DNA of 63,997 nt, filler included, from Jimgerdemannia flammicorona (taxonomy: Eukaryota): NCBI GenBank assembly GCA_003990765.1. It is 3 parts of 3 records of this genome, joined end to end, with 100 filler letters (N's around TTAATTAATTAA, not from the genome) between each part and the next. Parts side by side here need not be neighbours in the genome. Positions count along the whole stretch, not along the records: positions 1 to 21,287 come from RBNJ01001486.1; 2 more parts are not named here. One strand, written 5' to 3'. A program made the translations under genes and the position numbers. Below, piece by piece: positions 1 through 12,133 of this stretch (its first letter is position 1; each line of letters starts with the position of its first letter). Under the pieces are notes generated by a model that saw nothing but the letters and a program-made list of their open reading frames with translations, did no database searches and was not told where the DNA came from.

Positions 1-2388
1 ATATACTTATCTTTGAAGTTGGTATAGATATTGCTGACTGTTCTATCAGATTGGATGTAGAGATAGAAATTTCTATATGAATTTTCTACTCTTTGGTCTT
101 TTTATTAAATTGAATATTATAAAAGATGACTATATGATATTTCTGCAAATTCTACAATCTGTATATTGCTCTATTGTATCCAAGGAATATATATTTATCT
201 GTCTTAGGTTCAAATATGTCTTTATTATTACCTTTATCTAAAACATAAGCCTTGTTTTCAAATATTCATAGGTGTGAGATATCAGACTTGGATCCACTCT
301 ATAATTCCTTAGAGATAAGATCACCATTATTTCTAAATTGCTAATTATTACTATTTCTAGATTACTGATTATTGACAAATTTGTCAAATCTGCTAGAATT
401 CTTACTTAGAGCTTAAGAAATACAATGATTTTAGATATATACTATTGTATTTACTACTTTAGCCCAGAAGAAGTATAGTGAGCTAGCTGTATTTATTATT
501 ATTCAAGTCATCTCTACTATTATTTTATTAAAGCATTCTACTATACCATTCTGTTTAGGTATATAGAGAACTATCATAAAGTATTGAATACTATACTTTT
601 TCAAAAAGTGTCTGAAGGCTTTGTTGATATATTTTTTATCATTATCTGAGTATAGGGTCTATATTTTATATCCTGTTTCATTCTCCATAATTGCTTTAAA
701 TTCTCAGAATTTTTTAAATATCTCATTCTTTACTATAAGAAAGTATATATAGGCTTTATAAGTATAATTATCAATGAAGGTAATAAAGTATCTCTTCCTA
801 GAGTATGTTAAAGTTTATATAGGGCCATAGATATCTATATATATCATATTGAGAATATCAGCTACTTGCTTTATTTATTTCTGAAAAGATTACCAGAAAG
901 TCTTATTTGCTATATATCTATTATAAAAGCTGAAATTTAGTAGTATATAGTTCTGTAATCTATATATAGATTTACTTCTTATTATCTATTTTAGACTTAT
1001 CTTGCTGATATGTTCTAAGTATTTATAATATATATATCAGAGATCCTCTCCAGTTATAGTTACAAAATATATGGATAATATATTACTTAGTATACTATTG
1101 ATTGTATATAGGTTTCTCTCTTTTGATATATATATTAACTTGTTATTATTCTTTAGATTAATTACTATTATATTATTCAGATATATATTTACTCTTTTAT
1201 TTTCTTGAGCCATCATTCAGCCTATCAAGAAAAGATTCTTGCCTATATTTAGCATATATAGTATATCTATAAAGATATCTATAGATTCATCAATATTTCT
1301 ATATAGATATATACTAATATTGCCCTTATCTTGATAATAAATAACATTATTGTCACTCAATTTGATAGGTATAGAGTACTTGAACTTCTATATATAGAGA
1401 ACTACTTATAGTATACTATTATATACTATATTAAACTAGGATTTATGAGCCAGATCTCTTTACTATATATATTAGTACTGCTAGATACATATATAGCTTA
1501 TATTGGTGCTGATACTTATGTCAATATTTTTCATCAGTATAAAAGTATTTTCGAAATTCACTTCTATATCTTCCTCTATATAAATAGATTACTGCTTTTG
1601 CAAAGAATAGATCTCTACTATCTTTATTATTATTGATATCTATAATATTTATCTGCTTATATTACTTATCTTAACTACTCTTTTTCTTCTTATAATTATA
1701 GTCTTGCTCATAAATGTCTATGCTTATTACAATAGAAGTATTTACCATCAATTTTAGCTCATTGATCATCATACTGCTGGCTTTGCTCTTATTCTTTATT
1801 CAGCTTGTCTTTACCTCATCTATATACTCTATAGAATACTTTCTCATTATCATCCTTATTAATATTATTACTATTACTGCTCAGCCTTGTTTCTTTATTT
1901 AAAAGACTTGTGACAATATGCTTGTATATAATCTAATAGTTTGCTGAATTCTCTCATAGTAATAACAACTATATTATATACTTTGGGAAGATCTCACATA
2001 AGAACTAGGACCTTGTCTTTATCCTTGATAGTGTCTATCAGTATAGATATAAGAGGATTTACTTGATTCATCAGATTGTTAACACAGTTGATATAGTCTC
2101 AAATACTCTTCTTGGACTTTATTTGGAGATTGAATAGTTATACTTTTAGATAGAATCTGTTTGATATAGATATTTATTAATAGTGATTGTATAAGATTTC
2201 CCAGACTTTGTTCACTATTATAGTATTGATAATGAGTTTTATTTGTATATTTAAAAGAGTATATAATCTCTCTTAGTACTCTTTGATCCTTCATAGTATT
2301 ATATTCTATATATATTATTTGTATCTGTGGCTTCTAGTAGTTCTCCAGATTACATTCTTCTAAGAGATTCTTCATATAATATGTCTAT
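1..2388 (-). mobile_element. Heavily degenerate Ty1/Copia relic (integrase, protease and gag region), interrupted by element A
   Basis: Very AT-rich and CpG-free. Minus-strand remnants of Copia integrase text (Y-F-I-T-F-I-D-x-Y, LYSDNxKxY-like) with many stops. Colinear with the paralogous relic at 22200-24128. Confidence 0.75.
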
Positions 2389-2853
2389 TGTAATGTAGCA
2401 GATGCTTACTCTTGAAAGTACATCAGATTTCTGTATCTTGAAAACTTGCTCTTCTTCAACTCCGCAGAGTCCTTGGGATGCAGGGATGGGTGAGTTCGAA
2501 GTATATCTGCCTGCAGGCTTACTAGTTCCTTTGCTTTCTCTTTGCTTGAACTATTTCGATCTGAGGTTTATTCACTCAAAGATACTGGGTTATTTATACA
2601 AGTTTGCTAGCTATAAGGTGGCTAAGTAGTGAGTCATTTTCTACATGTATCAAATCTTTTAACATCTGCTAGGATTTTGCTGATTGCAAACATTCTAATA
2701 TCTCTTAAATCTTTGTGAATGTTAAAGTTTCTGCACTTCACAGAATATGACTGCTATTTATAAGGCTAAACTATATTGGGAATTGGATTCAGGTACTGTG
2801 ATCAAATGTCTATTTCCCCTATTTCATGTTACTAATTTGGATCAGCCATCACA
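2389..2853 (-). repeat. 3' LTR of element A
   Basis: TGTAATGTAG...CATCACA, direct repeat of 8637-9101. Confidence 0.95.
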
Positions 2854-2894
2854 TCTTCCTCCTGAATAGGTGATTTGTCTTCAGAGCATCCTAT

Positions 2895-3356
2895 TCACTC
2901 AAATTCCCAAGCTTCTACGATTTATATCTCCTTGTACTGTGCGATTTGTACTATTATGTTCTTCCAGTATTATCTCTTGACATATCCAAAGTCTCCTGGA
3001 GTTACTTCCCAGAAGTGGGCTAAGGCTGCTTCATCATCCTTGAATAACTTGTGTACTCTTTTTGCAATTGTAATTTGAATGTAGGAGAGCTAACATTCCT
3101 TAATCCAGTCTTCTTTTCCCATCTTCAGTTTTGAATTCAGTAGCTGTCCCAACTTGAAGTATTCCTGGAACTCAGTTCAGTTCTAGTAGGCCTTGAAATG
3201 TGAGATTCGTGATAAGTGCATCTGCACTATACTCTGGATGCTGTTGAAGGATTCCTCTATCATTGGTGGCTCAGTGGAACACCACTGTCTTTCTATAGCT
3301 CACTGGGTCGCACTAGTGATCTTGAGGGCAGCAGCATTACTTCATTGACTAGTCAT
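2895..3356 (-). pseudogene. Extra ORF (ORF3, ~153 aa) downstream of integrase in element A; unknown product
   Basis: ATG overlaps the pol end (TATCATGACTAG). One frame reads MTSQ..MIEESFNSIQ..EYFKLGQLL..IAKRVHKLFKDD..FWEVTPGDFG; every internal stop is one C-to-T change from CGA, CAG or CAA. Confidence 0.6.
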
Positions 3357-6300
3357 GATACTTCTTGAGTCAGTTTCAGTGAATGGTAGTAGGGATGATT
3401 GTGCCTGAGAGTTTCTGTAGCCAAAAGGTGGTCCCTTTTATATCTTACACAAGGTAAGGTCCTTCCCACTTAGGCTTCAGCTTTCATGACCATGAGGCTT
3501 CTACCATGTTCCGATACACTAGGACTTTGTCTCCTATCTTGATAATCTCCAGGGGCTTGTGAGTCTTTTCCACATTATTCTGTTGTAGTGTCTGTACCTT
3601 GTTTATGTAATCCTCAGCCTTCTTCCTGATTTGGTGCCGTTTCCATATCTCCATATCTACTTATTTCCATACAGCATCTCTATTGAACAATAGGGTTCCT
3701 TGAGAACTTTCTTCTCCAAACAGCATTTCTCGAGGGGTGAAGTGGGTACTTTGTGATCTGATATCCCGGAGAGCAGATAATGCTATTGGCAGATAGTGAT
3801 CCCAGTTTTCATAGTTATCACAGATCTTGGCGATAACATTCTTAAGGGTCTTGTTGGTTCTTTCTACTTGTCCGTTTCCTTGAGGGTGATAGGCTGTAGT
3901 CCAAATGTGCTGGATCTTGTACTTCTTGTAGAGAACCTCAAAGAACTGGTTCACAAATTCTGTTCCTCTATCTGTAATTACTTGCATTAGGGTCTTGAAC
4001 CAGCAGATGATTTCTTTGTGGAAGAAATCGGTGATTGACTGTGCATTGGCTTCCTTGAGGGGTCCTGCTTCTATCCACTTCGTAAAAAGGTCTATGATGA
4101 CAATGATATATCGGTTACCAGTCAGGGTCAAGGGTAGAGGGCCGATTGCATCCATTGCTATGTGGGCAAATGGTACTGGTTCTATATGTGCTGATCCTGG
4201 GGCTTGGTTTTGTTGGTCTTGTTTCTGTTTCTGGCATTTGACGCAGGTTTTGACAAATTGTCTGATATCTTTTTCCATTCCTGGCCACCATATTGTTCTT
4301 CTTGTCTTGTCATATGTATTCATTCCTCCTAGATGGCCAAGTTCATGTACTGATTTCATTGCTTGCTCCTTCTTGTATTCTGCTATGACTAATAGTTTTC
4401 CTTTCCTCAGTGTTTCTCCATCAGATTCAAATTGTTTCCATGTCCTGTTGATAATCGTTTGTGTCCATTCTTCCAGATGTTGGGGCATCTTTTGCTGTCC
4501 CAGATATGTGATGATTCCGTAGTAGAGCTCCTTATTCATAATTGATTTGTTGGTTAGAGGTGTTTCGGGGTGTCCATGAGAGAGCATCTGCATTGGACTT
4601 TGTTCTTCCAGGGCAGTGCACAATGGTTACATCATAGGCTTGTAGCTTCATTATCCATCTGGCATAGATTCCTTTGGGTTGTCCAGTTGTCAGTAGCTAG
4701 GTGAGAGCTGAGTGGTCCATCTGAATGGTGAAGTGTCTTCCAGCCAGGTAGTAGTGGAACTTCTCCACAGCCCAGATGACTGCGAGACATTCCAACTTGT
4801 AGGATTCATATTCTTTTTCAGCTCCTTGGGTTCCACGGCTAAGATATGCAATGACATACTCCTTTTTGTCTTCCTTTTGAGCTAGGACTGCTCCTAGTCC
4901 CTGTGCACTTGCATCAGTCTGCAGGATGAATTCTTGAGTCCAATTGGGTCATCTGAGGATGGGTGTCTGGGTCAGTCTAACCTTGAGTTTGTCAAATGCT
5001 TTTTGTTGTCTGCCAGTCCACTAGAACTTGATGTCCTTCTTGTTGAGTTCATAGATTGGACCTGCGATGTTGGAAAGTCCTCTAATAAATCTATGATAGT
5101 AGGAGGCAAGTCCCATGAAGGCTTGGGCTTCTGTCACAGTGGTGGGCCTTGGGTATGTTGCTACTGCTTATATCTTGAGGGGGTCTGTGTGTATTCCATC
5201 TCGATTGATAATGTGGCCAAGGTAGGAGATCTTGTTTTCTGCAAACTTGCATTTCTTGGGCTTGATGTACAGGCTGTGTTTTCTCAGACTTTCCATTATC
5301 TGCTGTATGTGCTGCAGATGTTCCTCAGATATCTTGCTGTAGATGATTACATTGTCAACATAAACCATCATCCATCTTCCCATGTCATAGTGGAAGATTT
5401 TGTTCATCATTCACTGGAAGCTTGCTAGTGCATTGCACATCCTGAATGGTATTCACAGGTAGATGTAGATTCCATCTGGGGTTATGAAGGCTGACTTTTC
5501 ACTTGCCATTTCTGTGAGTCCGATTTGGTGGAATCCTAAGTATAAGTCCAAGGTGCTGTAGTACTGTGCTTCATCTCCCAGTGTTATAAGGATGTCGCTG
5601 ATGAGGGGCAGTGGTTGGCGATCCTTCTTGGTAACTGCATTGAGCTTTCTGTAGTTGACACAGAGTCTTGGGGCAAATTCTCCAGGCTTGCTTCCTTTTT
5701 TGGAGGCTAGTACAACTGGTGAAGACCAGGGGCTACTGGCTTCTTTGATAATATCGGCTTCTTCCATCTGCTTGATTTCTTCTCTGAGCCATTCCCGGTA
5801 GGCTGGCAGGACAGGTCTTGCTTTTTGGTAAATTGGTTCAGTGTCTCCAGTATCTACCTCATGATAGTAGTGTGGTGTTTTTCCTTTGATATCCTTGAAG
5901 TCTGTGGCAAGGACATCCTCGAATTCATGGAGTATTTTCTTGAGTTCCTCCTTGAGTGGGAATTCATTTCCAATGGTATAGCTATACTTGTTTGTAGTTT
6001 TCTCCTTCTTATGCTCCAGTTCAGTGATCTTGGTACTGGCAAATACTCCTTTTCCTGTGGATTCAAATCCTTTCTTTCCTCTTTTCATTTCCTCCAACTT
6101 CTTAACTTCTATGATCTTTGGTTGTTGGACTGGGAAGATCAACATCTGTGCCAGTTGGTCCTTCTTCTTGATTGAGAATGGAATAGTAGAATTGTAATTC
6201 CTAGCGATGAGTAGTATTTCTCCAATGTAGTCCGAATCAATGACTCCTCCTTCAATTGTAATTTCGCTTCTTGCCAAACTGCTTCTTGTCTTAAGGATCC

Positions 6301-8516
6301 CGATATGATCCTTTGGGATGGTCATCTCCAGGCCAGTTGCAAGTAGAGTAGTTGTCTGGGGTTCAAGTACAGTTTCCTCCACTGTGGCGATATCCATTCC
6401 AGCTACATTTTCCAACTTATATTCTGGCAGGACTGCATCAGAGTGAATCTTCCAGATTTTGACCTTGATTTCTTCTTCATCATCACTGTCCTCTAGAAGG
6501 GCTGGTGGTTCGTCATCTTCCTCCTCCTCCTTTTCCTCTTTGGCTTGTTCCTTGAGGGTCTTTTCTCTTCTTTGGTGGTAGATCTTCTTGATTTTGCCAG
6601 TACACTGGTAGCACTCATTGATATGCTCCATACAGTACATTCAGATCCCATGTGGGCAGACTCCTTGTGGTGCATATCCTTCTGCAATCTTCTTGCACCA
6701 TTCTTCTTCACTCATCCATCCGACTTTCTTCTTCTTTTTCTGTGTGGTCACCATGTAAGCTTCTTCTTGCTCATCTTCCTCCATCTCGAGGAGCACTCCT
6801 TTGTTGACATTGATGGGAATTCGCATCTTCTGACCTCAGTAGATAATCTGCATCTTCTGAGCATTCAGGTCAATTATTGCTCTGGCTTTGTGAAGCCACT
6901 GGTTGCCAATAAGAATGTCATAGTTGGTTGCATTGGTTACTATCACATCCACTGAAATAGTTGCTCCTCCAAACTTGATGGGAACATCTCAGATTTTTCC
7001 CAAAGGGGTGGCTCTTGTACCATCTGCTGTAACAAACACCAACTTGGTTGCTTCTTCGACCTCCCATCCCAGGTGGTCTACTGCCTTCTTGCTGAGGAGG
7101 CATCCTCCTGCTTCTGTATCTATGATGGCTTCAAAGATTCTGTCTTTGATTTGGCAGATTGCATAGGCAGAAGTCTTGCGGTTGTCTTCACTTTCTTCTC
7201 CAGAATCTTCTTGAACATTGTTGGCTTCAGTTATCTTCCAACCCTGCTCCTTGGTTGTTTTGGCAAGTCCAAATCTCATTTGCTGTCTAAACATAGGAAT
7301 TTCTGTGAGCTGGCCGAAGGTTGCATTGACTTTTTGTTGGCTGAGATCCTTGAAGATATCATACTTGAAGGTCTTGGTTTTGCGAAGCTTCTTCTCCTTT
7401 TCTCCTTCACTAGCTGGAGTGGTTTCTCGGATGATATCTTGGACTACCTGTTCAAGCTCTATATCTTGATCCATTTCTTCGGCTTGGCTTTCTGTGGCCA
7501 TTTCCATCTGTTTTTCCACCGGGTTCTTCTTGGGTCTTCCTGGTGGTCTCTTGTAGGGTTTCTTGCGAACATCCTTCTTGGTAGTCTGTGCAGGATAGGC
7601 CTCCCATTCTTTGTCTGACTCTCCGATTTCCTTGAAGGTAATGATGTTGGCCTGTTCCTTGTTTTTAGTAGCATTGCTCAGCTGGGCCTTGTGCTTAGTT
7701 TCACTCATACATTCATATGAGTAGTGGTCTTCTTCTCCACAGCTATAGCAGGTACCTTTCTTCTTATCTGAGATGGCAGCAAACTTCTGAATTGGGTGGC
7801 AATCTCTTCCTCTAATTTCTTTTACTACATCTCCTAGGTGAGCAGTCATTTCAGCAAACTGCTTGGCAAGCTCCTCCATGGGGTCGCTATTTCTCTGCTG
7901 CTCTGTAGCTCTTGTTTGAGGTGTGTTTCGATTGATCATTGTGGTGGGGATCACACTAGTTGCCTTGGGTGTTTCGATTCTAACTCCAGTGACTCTTTCC
8001 ATTATGTGGTCTTGTGGATGTCTGGCTATCCAATATCTCTGAGCATAGGGTGATCTTTTGTGGCAGATCCAGAACTACTGGTGATGAGTGAATGGCCATA
8101 GCTATCTCTAGGTGGACTCCTTTCATGAAGCTTGCTTCGGCTACTTGATCTTGGATAGCATCAGCATAATCTGCGAGAATTATCTGATATCAGATTCGGG
8201 TGTAGAATGTGTTTGGATCCTCGCTTATTTCTTGGCATGTTGTATTGAGCTGATCCTTCAGGGCTTGCTTAATCTCATCTGTATAATAGGTGTTTCGGAG
8301 CCAGGTCTTCTGTGCTGTCAGTATGGCATCAGCATTATTTCCTGCATGGGTTGCGGCTATGAATGCTGCTCTGGCAGGACCTCGTAGGCTGAAGGGCATG
8401 AGGGCTACTTGCTGTGCTGCTGTCAGGGTTCTTACAGCAGCATACTGCTCGAAATCATCAATAAAGGTGATGATTGATTCATCTGAGGTATATCCATAGA
8501 ATACTGGTGGTCTCAT
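3349..8516 (-). pseudogene. gag-pol polyprotein of element A
   Basis: Capsid-like PPVFYG..FIDDFEQYA; CCHC knuckle CYSCGEEDHYSYEC; protease IIDTEAG; RT RLCVNYRKLN and YVDN; integrase HELGH..CVKC, ITDRGTEF, YHPQGNGQVERTN. In-frame stops and frameshifts are present. Confidence 0.92.
6050..6470 (-). pseudogene. dUTPase domain of element A, between protease and RT
   Basis: Trimeric dUTPase motifs AGMDI, RSSLA, GGVIDSDYIGEI, LAQMLI, RGKKGFEST, in frame with RT. Confidence 0.92.
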
Positions 8517-8636
8517 ATCTATTTTGTCTTAGTATCTTGCCTCGGTTTGTATGGTTGTTCATGTGGTGGCAGTTGTTTGTTATTCAGCTTGAAAGTGAGG
8601 GATTTATCTTGAATCATCAGCCAATGGGCACCAAGT

Positions 8637-9101
8637 TGTAATGTAGCAGATGCTTACTCTTGAAAGTATGTCAGATTTCTGTATCTTGAAAACTTGCTCT
8701 TCTTCAACTCTGCAGAGTCCTTGGGATGCAGAGATGGGTAAGTTTGAAGTATATCTGCCTGCAAGCTTACTAGTTCCTTTGCTTTCTCTTTGCTTGAACT
8801 ATTTTGATCTGAGGTTTATTCACTCGAAGATACTGAGTTATTTATACAAGTTTGCTAGCTATAAGGTGGCTAAGTAGTGAGTTATTTTCTGTATATATCA
8901 AATCTTTTAACATCTACTAGGATTTTGCTGATTGCAAACATTCTAACATCTCCTAAATCTTTGCAAATGTTAAAGTTTCTGCACTTCGCAGAATATGACT
9001 GCTATTTATAAGGCTAAACTATATTGGGAATTAGATTCAGGTACTGTGATCAAATGTCTATTTCCTCTATTTCATATTACTAATTTGGATCAGCTGTCAC
9101 A
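8637..9101 (-). repeat. 5' LTR of element A
   Basis: TGTAATGTAG...TGTCACA, direct repeat of 2389-2853; adjacent PBS at about 8621-8633. Confidence 0.95.
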
Positions 9102-9105
9102 CTAT

Positions 9106-9516
9106 ATAATATAATTCTTACTGTTAAAGACAGGAATCATTCTCTTTATCATTATTAGTACTTTTGCAAAAATGGTCATAGTTATGACTATTGTAATAGA
9201 TATACTTATACTGCTGGTATCTATTCTGGGTCTCTACTTATACTACTTAGCAGGCTTATGTTTAATATATCTGATAGATTTGATATCTTTTTTGTATAGT
9301 ATAGTATATATATTAAAGAGATATCTTTATAATTATCCACTTTTGCTAGTAGAGCTCATAATCTTTTATTATAGAATATTTAAGGAAAGAATAGTTAGAG
9401 AGAAAGAAGTATTATTTATTAATACTAGCTTATATACTTTTATATATACTGATGATATTTACAGGATAATATAGTTAGGCTATACTACTATATATCAAGT
9501 TGCTATAACTAAGATA
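9106..9516 (-). mobile_element. Continuation of the Copia relic: gag 5' end, eroded primer-binding site and 5' LTR
   Basis: Resumes the sequence broken at 2388 and matches 23055-23400. agagctcataatct near 9351 resembles the eroded reverse complement of the half-tRNA-iMet PBS AGGTTATGAGCCC of Copia elements. Confidence 0.6.
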
Positions 9517-9759
9517 TTTCAATATATATAAATATATACTCATATATATATATAAATTATTATTTATAAAAGGATGAAAATAAAGAGTTGGGTTTAGAGA
9601 AGTAAAATGAGAATTTAATAGTAATTCTATTTTGACTATTTTGAGTCAGCAATAATAAAGTAGCTGAGATATCTTTGTATGAATATGCTATTTTTAGAAA
9701 TATTTAGTATTATATACTTATTTGTTATTTCTAGAAGTATATATAGATGTATAGTTCTC

Positions 9760-10310
9760 TTTTTTTTTTTTTTTTTTTTATAGTTACATAGACTTCAACT
9801 TTATTACTAAACTATCTATGAAATACTAATACAAATGAACTTCCTCATCCAATCTTATTCAGAATCTCTCTTTCTCTCTTTCTATTTCTCCAAAATACCA
9901 CTGACCTCAATCCTCTTCCTACTCTACCTACATATTGTCTCCACCAATCACCTCCAATATCCCCCATCAGCACCCCCACCCCACTACCACCCAGTCAATA
10001 TATCTATCACCAGCCACTCTCATCTAGCCACTCTCACCCCCAATGTTAGCTGTCAACTCTCCTCAAAGACAAATAGCCAATGTCCTGTAAGTCTAATCTA
10101 AATCACCAACACTCATCCTAAAGTCAACCACTCATCTCCCAACCCCCCTACCAACCTCCTCCAGAGGTCACCCCACCTTCTGTCAGCCACCAACTCTAGT
10201 GGGCACCCCCTCAGCTGCATCTCAATCTCTCTCTAAAAGTCACCCATCACCTCACACTCTCCTAACCAATGTTCAGGAGTCTGTACCACTCCTCCCTCCT
10301 GCCCAACATC
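9760..10310 (-). mobile_element. 3'-terminal remnant of an L1-like LINE with poly(A) tail
   Basis: Poly-T on + strand followed by sequence resembling the LINE 3' ends at 42769-43200 and 50476-50986. Confidence 0.6.
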
Positions 10311-10318
10311 CAGACAGA

Positions 10319-10520
10319 TGCATGGTTCTCCCTCTCAGTAACAGTGCTACATTCACTGTCAAAATTCAACCCAATGCAACTGTGACTGACCTCAAGGAGG
10401 CCATTGTCAGACAAAATCTCAATAATGTCGATCCAAAGAAACCCAAGTTGTGGCGCGTCTACATCTCCGCCAGTCGACGATCTGATTCCACCCCCACCTC
10501 CATGCGTACAGGTTGCCAAA
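10319..10520 (+). pseudogene. Crinkler (CRN)-type N-terminal ubiquitin-like domain fragment
   Basis: CMVLPLSNSATFTVKIQPNATVTDLKEAIVRQNLNNVDPKKPKLWRVYIS matches the CRN N-terminal pattern (F.V.I....TV.DLKEAI....VD...L.LW.V). No intact C-terminal part is seen. Confidence 0.7.
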
Positions 10521-12133
10521 CAAAATCTCTATCATTGTAGAGTATTCTGTTATACAAAGAATGTATTTATCTGAACGATACAAATGGTCCCAACAATCTT
10601 TTTGATAATGAAATCCAACCGTTTTCATACACAGTCCTTTGGTATTGTTTTAAACTCCCAAATTGCCACTTTATAATTTTGAGAGAAATGTTGTTGATGA
10701 CCTACAGTTTGCATTCAAAAATGATATTATATGTGCTTAAGTTAGAGAAGTTCTTGGGAGGCTATCTGGAAGGAGATAGCTACTAAAAATGATAATAGTC
10801 ATCTAGTGGGAAATAGTAATTATATCGTTATAGTATTTAGATTCAAATGGCGAGAAACTCGGAACTAGAATAGTCTATATAGATCATCCCAGAATGAAAT
10901 GAAGACTACGTAAATATTATATTTGTAATAAATGCTGGATTGAAATATATTTAAACACAAAAGATAACCTCGTCGCCAATGCCGAGCTTAGGCCTCCTCA
11001 TCTTCCAACTCGCGGGTTGATCTGCACAAATTCCTTGACCACGTCGACGACTCGACCCTCCTTACGAGCTTGTTCGGCTCCGAAAACGTAGAGATGGGAA
11101 ACTAATAAGATAATGTGGTATCGAGATCATCAAAAATCAGTGTGTAAAAAAAAAATGCTTCCGCAACTGATGGAGCCCTTCACATTCCTAGCCATCCTTC
11201 AAGAAGATTGAAGTACCAATAACTTAAATAAGGTCTCTCTCGGCGTGGGTAGATACCGCTTCCATGCTTCCGGACCACGGTCGACTATATTCACCGATAG
11301 AAAGGGCTATTTTCAAAACTTGGTTTTCACACGTTGATTTTAATTTAATTTAATTTAATTTAGTTTTATTTTTGGCTGTTACGCTCTACACGGGTTTACA
11401 GATCAGATTCAAGTGAGATTTATTTCGTGAGTTATACTCAATAACAAAATGTCAATTATCCAATTGAGTCTTTTGTATCAACTTTACGCCTACGTGCAAC
11501 GCAACGTCCAAATCCTCCTCAACGACTAGTTCGTCAATCAAAGGCCATCCTGTAGGAAGCCGTTCATGCCAAGCTGCTTGAACAGGAAGCGGCACCTATC
11601 AAGGACAATACAGGAGCTGCGCCGAGAAGGATGCCGGAGTGGTCGTGCATCAGGTGCCGAGGGGGTAGTGGTTTTGCTCTGGGCGGCGGTCGATCGTCGA
11701 GCTGCGAAGGACGAGACCTAGGATGCCGGGCACCCGAGCAAGATGCTGGAGGCGGAGGAGGAGATGTTGGAGGCCGATCGCGGGAGGGCGAAGAAATCAA
11801 CCGACAGGCGACAATGCATCTCTATGGCTGCCTGGACTTCTGGACTTTGGCGAGGGCGTGCTCCTTTTTGGCGGCGCGGATGTGAGTGTAGATGTATCCA
11901 TCGTGATGTGATGGAGGTAAAAGACATTGGTGTGGACGATGAGTTGATACCCCTTTTATTTATTATGGAGGATTATCGCCCGTTGGCATAACGTCGCTAC
12001 ACCTAGCTCTTATGCTTGTGTTGCATATATTCTCAAAACATTTGGTATGTTATAAATTGGTTCAGCCATCGACCTACTTCCTTATTTTTCCATTGAATGT
12101 ACTTGTATATTGAAATTACAGCATCAAAACGGT

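Larger units (their letters stand above)
2389..9101 (-). mobile_element. Complete Ty3/Gypsy LTR retrotransposon A (gag-CCHC-protease-Cys-rich linker-dUTPase-RT-RNaseH-integrase-ORF3), inactivated
   Basis: Two 465-bp TG...CA LTRs. 4-bp TSD CTAT (2385-2388 and 9102-9105). PBS TGGTGCCCATTGG next to the right LTR and PPT AGGAGGAAGA next to the left LTR. Domain order PR-RT-RH-IN. Confidence 0.95.

Noticed and set aside
1445..1902. Hydrophobic I/L/Y-rich ORFs resembling membrane proteins (also 9172-9474, 23444-23638)
   Set aside because: Antisense frames of AT-eroded Copia DNA.
2402..2629. Duplicated 75-aa ORF (also 8650-8877)
   Set aside because: Antisense frame within the two LTRs of A; conservation is explained by LTR identity.
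10980..11991. GC-rich stretch with several overlapping ORFs
   Set aside because: No recognisable domain or consistent splice model.
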